Source: Octopus sinensis (lineage: Eukaryota). Taken from it: 18,146 nt of DNA. Each line of letters begins with the position of its first letter. Position 1 is the first letter of the stretch. The stretch spans positions 1 through 18,146 of the forward strand of contig NW_021824559.1 in assembly GCF_006345805.1 (NCBI RefSeq), in the 5' to 3' direction. Under the pieces are notes generated by a model. It was given only the letters and a program-made list of their open reading frames with translations. It did no database searches and was not told the DNA's origin. The translations under genes were made by a program, and so were the position numbers. Positions 1 through 9,518 of the stretch are shown piece after piece.

Positions 1-98
1 AGTTTCCCCAGAGCTAATTAATCAACCCGCATCTGGCAGAACAATGGATTCATCCCCAAAGTAGGTCGCCGGCTCTGTCCTTAAGCTGAACCACAACA
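1..98 (-). mobile_element. Terminal part of an LTR from a related Gypsy-type subfamily (runs off the window)
   Basis: 18-68 (taatcaacccgcatctggcagaacaatggattcatccccaaagtaggtc) aligns with the LTR end at ~1990-2036 (taattcacctgaatctgacaggacaatgggtttatcctaaagtaggtc). It ends in ...ACAACA at 98, the position equivalent to ...GTAACA at 2070. Confidence 0.7.
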
Positions 99-99
99 C

Positions 100-149
<50 letters not shown>

Positions 150-167
150 GTATATATAATGTATATA

Positions 168-204
<37 letters not shown>

Positions 205-352
205 CATTTATATATATATATACATTTATATATATATATATATATATATACATTTATATATATATTATATATATATATTTACATTTATATATATATATAT
301 ATAATATATATATATATATATAACACTATATATATAACACTATATATATATA

Positions 353-389
<37 letters not shown>

Positions 390-470
390 TTATATATATT
401 ATATATATATATATATATATAACACTATATATATATATATTTATATATATATATATAATCTATCTATATC

Positions 471-506
<36 letters not shown>

Positions 507-628
507 TATTTTATATATATATAATATATATATATTTTCGGTATGTGGTTTTGAGCAATTTGTTGCAATTAACCCTTATTATAATCAATATATATATATA
601 TATATATATCTATATATATTATATATCT

Positions 629-681
<53 letters not shown>
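99..681. repeat. Imperfect (TA)n microsatellite
   Basis: Direct inspection; interrupted at 532-585 by a fragment of the foldback arm. Confidence 0.97.
532..585. repeat. Extra partial copy of the foldback element terminus, inverted relative to 683-738
   Basis: atattttcggtatgtggttttgagcaatttgttgcaattaacccttattataat is the near-perfect reverse complement of ~684-738 and a direct copy of ~5625-5679. Confidence 0.9.
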
Positions 682-682
<1 letters not shown>

Positions 683-911
683 AATTATAATAAAGGGTTA
701 ATTGCAACAAATTGCTCAAAACCACATACCGAAAATATTAGAAATAGCAGCCAAATAAATCACTATTTTTCTCTACTAATAAGTCTCCAGAAACAACAAA
801 TTGTAACTCGTATATGGTAAATAGAAAGAATATACGAAATCCCAGCCTATTGGATTATTATAGACGAATCGTTTCTGGATTAGAACCGAAGGCTCATTCC
901 CTTGTCAATAT

Positions 912-2070
912 TGTTACGGAACGGACTGGAATCGCCCGTCGTCGCTCGTCCCGAACGGCTCGCACACTAGTTCCGCCACGGAACCCAAAGAGGCGGAGAG
1001 AGGAGATACAGATGGATACTGCCACCACCTCCTCAGCACAGAGATACAGAGGCACAATCCGAGATACAACCCAAAGAGGCAAGGCAACAACTGGCAACAC
1101 TGGCTTATATTCAACAACTACTAGTTTATATGACAATCAATTGCTACACATCAAATACATTTAAGGCAAACAACAAATCAATACATCATACGGGTATACC
1201 ACAGATCAATGCATTTAACAACATCATGTAACAATATATCAGTCCGGAGACACAACAAGTCATATACAGTATTTCAAAGGTACACGTCCGAAGACACAGT
1301 TCTTTTAAAGTCTTTTCTAAACATCACAGATAATGTCACATCAACACAATTCTGAACATGAATACCACAACTCGATAATCAACATATCGACAAGTCCTTG
1401 ACTGTTCTTTTCACTGTTCAATACATCGTGACACGTATCAATGCACAAACACATACCTCAATTCCTAATTGAATCTGCCAGTGTCCCATTCCTCTCAATA
1501 CTGCCAAATCCTTCTGTACATATCCCTTCTGCATATTCCAATCGCTTGCTCTTCAAATCCCAAGATCCCTGCTGATCTGTCCAAGATCCGTCTGTGTTCT
1601 TCCACGACCAACTACCAACTGCCCTTCTTGACGACCAACTGCGAACTGCCCTTCTTGACGACCAACTACCAACTGCCCTGATCCGTCCTTCCTGACGACC
1701 AACTACCAACTGCCAAGACCTCACTTCGTCTCTGTGCTTCTTCCACTCCCTCATCTCCCTCTGTTCTACCACCTATAGTCTTTCTATTTGCTATCTGATT
1801 CCTTACTCTATCTATATCGCCTACTGTCCCTTAGCCTCTCTATCTGTCCCTTAGTCTTATACTCTATCTCTCTCATGACAGCTCTACCAAACTCTCTGCC
1901 TGTCCTTCTCTCCTACTGTCAATACCCTCTCCATCTGCTCTTAGATTCCCTTAATCTGTCTTCCTCTTTCACATTCTTCACTGACCCTTAATTCACCTGA
2001 ATCTGACAGGACAATGGGTTTATCCTAAAGTAGGTCATTGGGACATACTACACTAGCTAACCCCGTAACA
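912..2070 (-). repeat. 3' LTR (1159 bp)
   Basis: Direct repeat of 4090-5262; 8-bp terminal inverted repeat; adjacent to the PPT. Confidence 0.96.
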
Positions 2071-2084
2071 CTACCCCCTACCTA
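2071..2084 (-). promoter_or_regulatory. Polypurine tract
   Basis: Minus strand reads AGGTAGGGGGTAG immediately before the TGT of the 3' LTR. Confidence 0.85.
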
Positions 2085-2111
2085 AGCTTTTGTCGACCCG
2101 ACAAAAACATA

Positions 2112-4025
2112 CTAAACTCGCACCTCCGAGCAGCAGACTCTCCAGGGGCTGGGGGTCCCCTTGGGTGGTTTCTCCTCCGGGGGTCTCACCTCCCACGGCC
2201 ACCACTTCAGCACCAGCCACAGGTTGGCACCTTCCCTCTGCGGCTTGGGCAATACCACCGCCAACGCCGCCAGGCTTCCTACTAGCCGCCTACAATAGGT
2301 GCACCGTCCGAGGAAGTTCCTCAGATCCCTTACACAGGCAGGGTCCGGCCAATCCTTCACAGTGGCCACCTTCCTCAGGGCTCTATAGCCCACGTAGCAT
2401 CTTGCTGTACCATCTCCATTCCGCGCAATTATCGCCGACGACCAGGGACCATTCCGCTTTTCCACTGTTCCCCGTCGCCGATATCTCCTCTTGCGCTGCT
2501 GTACTGAGACCTTCCTCCGGCCTCGCTGCCTCCTCAAGCGACAACCGCCCTGGTCGACGAAACGTTCTGCCAGGTCCGTGCGACCAGCATCCAACAACCC
2601 TCGCGACCAACGTCCTGCGCTCTTCACCAACAGTTGCCTCTTCCGCAACTGCATCAGCGGACCACGAACTCCCTTAACTTCATCTCTGCACCGGCAGAAC
2701 TGACCCCGCCGCTGGTTTACCGTCCGGCGCAGTTCCACGATTTGCCCCCTGCAAATCGCCTGCGCAGCCTTCAATAACTCGGCCGACCCAACCAGCGCTC
2801 TGTCAACTTCTGCTTCCACCAGGGTCCAGCCGACCCTTAATTGAGTTCCTATTCCGCACTGCATGTCGGGCTCCACCGGCCCCACGCAACCATCGAGCAC
2901 AGCGCTCCCCCAAGTGCCAACAAAGCACCAGCGACTCCTTGCGGACCGCCTCCTCAACTGCATCCGTGGGCCACCACCTCCTTCAACTGCGTTGCCGTAT
3001 CGGCAGAGCTGGCCCCACCACTGGTTCGCCATCTGGCACGATTCCTCGATTTGCCTTCTGCAAATCGCCTGTGCCACTTCCAAAAGATCGGCCGACCCAG
3101 CCAGCGCTCCACCAGCTTCTGCTTCCACTAGGGTCCACCCGACCCTCAATCCAGCTTTCACTAGGCACTGCCTTCGGGCTCCACCGGCCCCCGCAACACC
3201 ATCAACCACAAAGCTCACCCAACGCTGAAGCAGTCTTCCTGGTCTCGGTGGACCCACCACCGTTCGCAGCCGTCTCGCCTCGTCAACGGGCCTGGTCCTT
3301 TTCCTCACCAGCTTCCGTCCCGCAGGCCTCACAACACACACGCCCGGCCGCCAGTCCATCCACGCCTGTGGCCTCTCCACAGTGGGAACCATACAGTCCC
3401 TCCGGGCCCCAAGAGACAGGGGTCCAGACACCAAAGGACCCGCACACGGCATAGCACCTGCCGCGACCATCACACACAGAGCCGGAACCTCGGACTCAGC
3501 GACATTCGCCCCAGACCTCGCCAGCTCTTCGTCCTGAGCTCCGAGAGACAGGGGTCGAGATGCCAAGGGCTCTAGACACGGAACAACAGCATCAGCCATA
3601 ACAACTTCCACAGGCCTTTTGGTTACTTCAACCTCTACGGGTTCCAAATCACAAGATTTCTTGGGTACAGCGTCACAAATTTCGGCAACCATCCCAGGTT
3701 CCGCAAACACAGCCGGTCCAGCATCACAGATTTCGGCAACCAACCCAGGTTCCGCAACACTTCCTTCACTATCTGTTTCACTCGATGCTTCGTTCGACGG
3801 GCAATCTCTGCCCACAGGACCGTCGCTATCCTCGGTCCAACACCGATCCTTCAAAGCTGACCCATCCGCAACCTCAAACTCCTGCTGATCTGCCCACAGG
3901 CCCTGTCGCCTCTTGTCCATCCTTTCCATGAACGCGTCCGTCTGCGCCATCTGGCCCCTCAACATCTCCACAATCAGGGCAAGCGAAATCTCCTCGTCTC
4001 CGGTCTGACAACCAGACAAATCCAT
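2112..4025 (-). CDS. 637-aa retroelement protein: acidic/repetitive N-terminal half, duplicated ~100-aa module, RT relic lacking the palm
   Basis: Uninterrupted ORF from ATG 4025 (MDLSGCQ...) to the stop at 2112, filling nearly the whole interior. GTVEKRNGPWSSAIIARNGDGTARCYVGYRALRK resembles the Gypsy RT start (G.I..S.SPWSSP.V..KKDG..R.CVDYR.LN). VATVKDWPDPACVRDLRNFLGRCTYCRRLV resembles the RT thumb (V.AV..WP.P..V.ELRSFLG...YYRRFV). Confidence 0.8.
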   Translation of the reverse strand: MDLSGCQTGDEEISLALIVEMLRGQMAQTDAFMERMDKRRQGLWADQQEFEVADGSALKDRCWTEDSDGPVGRDCPSNEASSETDSEGSVAEPGLVAEICDAGPAVFAEPGMVAEICDAVPKKSCDLEPVEVEVTKRPVEVVMADAVVPCLEPLASRPLSLGAQDEELARSGANVAESEVPALCVMVAAGAMPCAGPLVSGPLSLGARRDCMVPTVERPQAWMDWRPGVCVVRPAGRKLVRKRTRPVDEARRLRTVVGPPRPGRLLQRWVSFVVDGVAGAGGARRQCLVKAGLRVGWTLVEAEAGGALAGSADLLEVAQAICRRQIEESCQMANQWWGQLCRYGNAVEGGGGPRMQLRRRSARSRWCFVGTWGSAVLDGCVGPVEPDMQCGIGTQLRVGWTLVEAEVDRALVGSAELLKAAQAICRGQIVELRRTVNQRRGQFCRCRDEVKGVRGPLMQLRKRQLLVKSAGRWSRGLLDAGRTDLAERFVDQGGCRLRRQRGRRKVSVQQRKRRYRRRGTVEKRNGPWSSAIIARNGDGTARCYVGYRALRKVATVKDWPDPACVRDLRNFLGRCTYCRRLVGSLAALAVVLPKPQREGANLWLVLKWWPWEVRPPEEKPPKGTPSPWRVCCSEVRV

Positions 4026-4069
4026 AGCGAAAAAAAAGAAAAACCGATCGAAACGCAGCAATCAGGACG

Positions 4070-4087
4070 ATCCCACCTCTGACACCA
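4070..4087 (-). promoter_or_regulatory. Primer binding site, tRNA-Leu type
   Basis: TGGTGTCAGAGGTGGGAT, 2 nt after the 5' LTR; near-complementary to the 3' end of eukaryotic tRNA-Leu(CAA/CAG) (...AUCCCACUUCUGACACCA). Confidence 0.88.
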
Positions 4088-4089
4088 GT

Positions 4090-5262
4090 TGTTACGGAAC
4101 GGAGCGGAATCGCCCGTCGTCGCTCGTCCCGAACGGCTCGCACACTAGTTCCGCCACGGAACCCAAAGAGGCGGAGAGAGGAGATACAGATGGATACTGC
4201 CACCACCTCCTCAGCACAGAGATACAGAGGCACAACCCGAGATACAACCCAAAGAGGCAAGGCAACAACTGGCAACACTGGCTTATATTCAACAACTACT
4301 AGTTTATATGACAATCATTGCTACACATCAAATATTTAAGGCAAACAACAAATCAATACATCATACGGGTATACCACAGATCAATGCATTTAACAACATC
4401 ATGTAACAATATATCAGTCCGGAGACACAACAAGTCATATACAGTATTTCAAAGGTACACGTCCGAAGACACAGTTCTTTTAAAGTCTTTTCTAAACATC
4501 ACAGATAATGTCACATCATACAATTCTGAACATGAATACCACAACTCGATAATCGACATATCGACAAGTCCTTGACTGTTCTTTTCACTGTTCAATACAT
4601 CGTGACACGTATCAATGCACAAACACATACCTCAATTCCTAATTGAATCTGCCAGTGTCCCATTCCTCTCAATCCTGCCAATTCCTCTGAATACTGCCAA
4701 ATCCTTCTGTACATATCCCTTCTGCATATTCCAATCGCTTGCTCTTCAAATCCCAAGATCCCTGCTGATCTGTCCAAGATCCGTCTGTGTTCTTCCACGA
4801 CCAACTACCAACTGCCCTTCTTGACGACCAACTGCGAACTGCCCTTCTTGACGACCAACTACCAACTGCCCTGATCCGTCCTTCCTGACGACCAACTACC
4901 AACTGCCAAGACCTCACTTCGTCTCTGTGCTTCTTCCACTCCCTCATCTCCCTCTGTTCTACCACCTATAGTCTTTCTATTTGCTATCTGATTCCTTACT
5001 CTATCTATATCGCCTACTGTCCCTTAGCCTCTCTATCTGTCCCTTAGTCTTATACTCTATCTCTCCATGACAGCTCTACCAAACTCTCTGCCTGTCCTTC
5101 TCTCCTACTGTCAATACCCTCTCCATCTGCTCTTAGATTCCCTTAATCTGTCTTCCTCTTTCACATTCTTCACTGACCCTTAATTCACCTGAATCTGACA
5201 GGACAATGGGTTTATCCTAAAGTAGGTCATTGGGACATACTACACTAGCTAACCCCGTAACA
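4090..5262 (-). repeat. 5' LTR (1173 bp)
   Basis: By eye it differs from 912-2070 by about 5 substitutions, four 1-2 nt deletions and one 19-nt tandem-type insertion near 4670-4690. Confidence 0.96.
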
Positions 5263-5777
5263 ATATAATATTTCCTATAAATCTAGAAATGCTAGGAAAA
5301 AAAACTCACCCATTACACCGGCTCGATCAAGCGACATCGAACGATCTAACGGACTGCTAGCATCTCTACATTTATATAGACAGGCGAATTCGTATCTCCC
5401 TCCAAAATTTTTTCCTAGCATTTCTAGATTTATGGGAAATATTGTGTTGAAAAGGAAATGAACTTTCGGTTCTAAATCAGAAACGATACGTCTATAATTA
5501 ATCCAATAGGCTGAGATTTCGTTGTTTTCTTTCTCTTTACCATATACGGGTTACAAATTCTGTTTGTTTGTGGAGACTTTTTTATTAGTAGGAGAAATAG
5601 TGATCTATTTGGTTGCTATTTCTAATATTTTCGGTGTGTGGTTTTGAGCAACTTGTTGCAATTAACCCTTTATTATAATTATATAATTCTTATCAAATAT
5701 GGTCTTTTCCATACCGAAAAATCTACTAGGTGAAATTTATTGATTTTATTAAATTAATTATATTTTACCCGTTTTTG

Positions 5778-5810
5778 TATATATATATATGTATGTATAT
5801 ATATGCATAT

Positions 5811-5900
<90 letters not shown>

Positions 5901-5998
5901 TGTATATAACATATATGTATGTAATATCTATGATTCTATGTATGTATGTATGGATGGAAGGATGGATGGATGGATGTATGTATGTATCCATGTATGTA
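5778..5998. repeat. (TA)n / (TATG)n / (TGGA)n microsatellite cluster
   Basis: Direct inspection. Confidence 0.92.
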
Positions 5999-6029
5999 CA
6001 CTCATTGTATGTGTTTGTAGGCGATTTTC

Positions 6030-6084
6030 TCAGGATTGCTCACATGGACATAACTGGGTGGGACAGAGAAGACAGAGGAACAAT
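6030..6084 (-). CDS. Candidate short terminal exon of the MIB-like gene ([17 protein letters not shown]), possible RING remnant
   Basis: Pyrimidine-rich acceptor atctctctaccaacag ending at 6085; phase matches the previous exon; CxxC...PC pattern resembles the start of a MIB RING. Short and weakly supported. Confidence 0.3.
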
Positions 6085-6435
6085 CTGTTGGTAGAGAGAT
6101 AAATTCCATCACTTCACTATTTACTTCTACATTTTCTCATTGGTCCCAAATCTTTAAAATAGGGAACTGAGAGAGGTGGGTGGGGATTTTAGGAGAGGTA
6201 TAACAGTCAATGCAACCAATCATTTGAATGTAATCAAAATAGTGTTCTTTCTTTAATTAGCTTAACAACTGCATATCGTTTATTGTTCTTCTTACTGTTG
6301 TTGTGTAACCTTTCATTAAGCCACTAAGACAGTATAATGTATCAGTAGAATTAAAACAATATAAACATATAAACACGGTTATATACAAAACAGAAAATGT
6401 AATGGTTTATCTTGTCATTGCCAGTGAATACTTAC

Positions 6436-6609
6436 GGCGTTGGTCGGAATAACGTCTTTAACGTTTTTTTAATTTTGCCTTTTTATTAGGTCCAATGGTG
6501 TTCTGCCACTTTTGTTTTACAGTTAAAGTTGGCCCCGTGGTGGGCTAGGTAACTGGCAACCACCACGCCAGAGTACCTCTTCGCTTCCCAGTTTCAGATC
6601 CTTGCAGAA
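6436..6609 (-). pseudogene. Frameshifted exon of the Mind bomb-like ankyrin gene (last ankyrin repeat)
   Basis: Acceptor tttgtag and donor gtaagt. Across frames it reads FCKDLKLGSEE / RYSGVVVASYLAHHGANFNCK / KSGRTPLDLIK / AKLKK / LKTLFRPT, resembling the MIB1/MIB2 motif ACFLA..GAD....N..G.SPLDL. Four frameshifts could be sequencing errors. Confidence 0.75.
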
Positions 6610-7116
6610 CTACAAATGATGAAATATAAAATGATGAGTTAAAGATTACACAAACATATACTAAAGATGCCCCAAATTACACAACAGTTCAACTACATTT
6701 ACACATAGTTTGTTTCCCCAGTGATTAAACTATTCACACAGCGTTGATTTCTTACATCATCTCTTAGTTGAGTCCACTTTTCATTATCATTTGTTTTTAC
6801 TTTACGTTCTACATTAAGACAAAAGTTATGATCATTATATTGAACAAAACGCACATTAGTGGTCAACGTTATTGCTTAACAATGATATTTAATGAGTAAA
6901 TATTTACTTGCCAATCACAAATGTCACAAACTATTCAATAAAAACACAATATAAAGTTATTATAAGATCAAGTCAAATATACACAATATAAGGACAGAAA
7001 TGTCACAATAATGAAAGACAACAAACCAACAAGAACCTATCTCTACAACTGGCTTGATAAAGCCAAATGGCCATAGCAAGAGAAATACTTACGGAAGAGT
7101 ATTGTACATATAAGTA

Positions 7117-7591
7117 CTAGCTTAAGGTGACCCGCTCTACGCGTGGGTGAGGGTGTGATTGTTACTTTCTGTTGCTTCCTTTGTTTCTTATCGCCATATT
7201 CACCCTCTTTGTTCCTCTCTCCTTTCTCTCTCGCATCCCCACTCTCTTACTCTTCCTTTATCTCGGACTCTCCCTCACTTTCTCTTGCTTTTTATCTTTC
7301 TCTATCTATCTATCTCCCATTTATAAAAATTAGATTTCCGTGCTTAATTACAAATCTTCTACTTTACCATGTTGAAAATTTGATTGAAATCTAAACCCCC
7401 AATTGTCCCCCAATCAATAAAATCCCTATTTTCACACCAAAACGACCACAGTAGCGCCCCAAAAGTCTCTCAAACAATTTCTCACCGCAAGTTACCCCCT
7501 CTTTAAATTGTAATCCCATTCCAGGCCCAATTACACAATTTTTACATAAAAATCCAATTTATATCATCGTTCGCCTTCTTCATTTGATAGA
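7117..7591 (-). mobile_element. Putative non-autonomous Helitron-like element
   Basis: Minus strand ends with a GC-rich hairpin (acccacgcgtagagcgggt) followed by CTAG|T at 7120-7116; candidate A|TC start at 7591. Confidence 0.5.
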
Positions 7592-7975
7592 TTAGAAATA
7601 CATACCCGGCCTTGTTCGGGATTAAAATAGTTTATTATTGTTTTACTCGTTTTGGTATTATAACCCGATTTCATTCGGGTCTAAGCGGGCCACATTTTAA
7701 AGATGAGGAATTTTGCCCTAGAGTCCATGCCTTTCAATTGAGCAAATTCGAAGTTCCAATACAAACTCGCTAGCACTTTTAACATAGGTGTGCATATTTT
7801 TAGCACAATCCAACCACATATGCACACAGTATATATATAAATTAACACAATATATCTGTTTAATATATCTGTTATGACTGTGCGATGGAGGTGGGCGATA
7901 TTAATTCACCGTTCTAAAAGACCTGTGGCGAGAATATTTAAACTTTTGCGGTTGTCATCGCTTTCTGTCTATAGA
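7592..7975 (-). mobile_element. Second adjacent Helitron-like relic
   Basis: Hairpin cccgaacaaggccggg followed by a degenerate CTAA|T end on the minus strand at ~7592-7620; candidate A|TCTAT start at 7975. Confidence 0.35.
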
Positions 7976-8369
7976 TACAGACAGATGTACAGAGAGAGGT
8001 GGTGCAAGAAAGAGTGACAGAGAGACATCGTTATAGAGGGATCAAAAAATCACTCTTTTTGCCATAGCAACCACATCTTATAGCTTGCGAATTTTAACCA
8101 TCGCGGGTCTCATTCTCACCACGCATTTAGTATCCTTGCCTCGGTTTGGCTGCCATTAACTCCAAAGCAAAATGTGCATAAAATTTTCGTCAAAGGACTG
8201 TCTTATAGATATGAATACACCACAAATAATATAAGTTACCAGAAAAGAGAACAGCACAACATAGCAAGGCCTTCAGACATAACAACTAAATCAACACCAC
8301 ATAGACATATCCACGCAGATCAATAATGTTTCTTTAATTAGTGGATTGGAGAGAAAAACAGGGTATATA

Positions 8370-8942
8370 AGGCATCGGATTTTGTGCGCAAGAGAGAGTC
8401 TACCATGGTATGGTTATGTGATGCATATGGATGAAGATAGCTTCATCAAGAAGTGGTGATCTCTCATTGTGGAGGGAATGTGTGGAGGGGGTAGACCCAG
8501 AAAGACGTGCAATAATGTGGTGAGAAAGGACCGTCAGACGTTGGGCCTCACAGAGGGGATGAAATGGGAGCGATACTTTTGGCAGTCTGCTGTACTTGAG
8601 ATGATATGTCAAGCTAAGTCGTCGTTGTCCTTGCATACTGTCATGACCCCTGTATCATTCTTCATCTGAGATATCCTAATCTTGTGGGATCATGGGTGCT
8701 GATGCTTCGGAAAAATCACCCATGCTTGTGTCACATACAAATATCCGTGTCGGTGCTGCAGAAAAGCACGCAGTACATTATGTAAATTGGGTGGCATTAG
8801 GAAGGACGTCCAACTGTCGAAACCATGCGAAAAGAGATATGGAGCCCAGGTAGCTTTTCAGCTGACCAGCTTCTGTCAAAGCGTCGAACCCATGCCAGCT
8901 TTGAAAACAGTCGATACATTATGATGATGATGATGATGATGA
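8370..8942 (+). mobile_element. 5'-truncated RTE-clade LINE 3' end
   Basis: Encodes WYGYVMHMDED...VEGMCGGGRPRKTCNNVVRKD (RTE C-terminal W.GH...GRPRK.W motif); the 3' UTR is homologous to 13000-13170; (GAT)n tail at 8921-8942. Confidence 0.85.
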
Positions 8943-9490
8943 ATTAATAAGGAAACATCTTTTGATGAAGAAAGTGAAGTAAGGGAAGTAAGAATCGGTG
9001 TCACAGTTGAGGCAGAACACCAACGCGTAGTTGATAAATTGTTCAGTCTGATGGACTATTCCAGTAGGTGGGGAGGTCGCTGGCTGCCAAAGTAGGTGCC
9101 TCTCACCAAAGTAGACATTACAACAATACACAGATGACCATCAACTGCCTGAATAGTAGTCAGCCATCTGTAGTGAGCTTTATTCATATGGGAATAGCCC
9201 AATGTCATATTTCAAAACTAACGCAGCGAAAATTTTGAAAAGTTCCCCCAGTTCTGAAAAAAATCGATAAATTCGACATGGAGTCGAGAATCTAAACTTT
9301 TTATATGCAACACATCTGTGTCTAGAGGACGCAACTCGACCTTTTTATCGCCCACGGGACAGCTAGGAATATCGTATACACAGAAGTATTCGAGTGAAGA
9401 GAAGATATTGCAACCTACACATGCGCCTTCGTTCCCTAGAGGGAAGGACTAGATTGGGATTAGTCGTTGCCTACTAGGGGCTCTTACATA

Positions 9491-9518
9491 CCCAGGCAAT
9501 GCCGGGCTATGCTGCTAG
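9491..9518 (+). mobile_element. Helitron-like 3' terminus
   Basis: Hairpin cccaggcaatgccggg, 8 nt, then CTAG|T; 5' end not located. Confidence 0.5.

Larger units (their letters stand above)
912..5262 (-). mobile_element. Full-length non-autonomous Ty3/Gypsy-type LTR retrotransposon
   Basis: Two ~1.16-kb direct repeats bounded by TGTTACGG...CCGTAACA; 4-bp TSD ATAT (908-911, 5263-5266); PBS and PPT on the minus strand; Gypsy RT remnants in the internal ORF. Confidence 0.96.
683..5680. mobile_element. Foldback/MITE-like element (~270-bp inverted arms, ~100-bp spacer) interrupted by the LTR retroelement
   Basis: 683-911 joined to 5267-5304 is the diverged reverse complement of 5408-5680. No coding capacity; family not identified. 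Confidence 0.8.

Noticed and set aside
22-820. YI-rich ORFs (also 5758-6102, 13346-13624, 15038-16110)
   Set aside because: Microsatellite translations.
814-1991. Short ORFs inside the LTRs (and their copies at 3874-4965)
   Set aside because: No recognisable motifs, and several change frame or length between the two LTRs.
3135-3215. Possible aspartic protease relic (VVDG...CLVKAG)
   Set aside because: No catalytic D(T/S)G, and the duplicate copy does not preserve the pattern.
2090-3888. Plus-strand ORFs antisense to the 637-aa ORF
   Set aside because: Expected shadows in GC-rich sequence; no motifs; opposite to PBS/PPT orientation.
4026-4061. 12-codon N-terminal extension in the ORF track
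   Set aside because: Non-ATG start; the first ATG at 4025 is the more plausible eukaryotic initiator.
5440-5495. GAAAC-gatac-GTC hammerhead-like half in the first foldback
   Set aside because: No CTGANGA core upstream.
8963-9125. Possible third LTR relic (aaagtaggt...ttacaaca)
   Set aside because: Only a 9-nt word and the terminal ACAACA match; no convincing other end or TSD.
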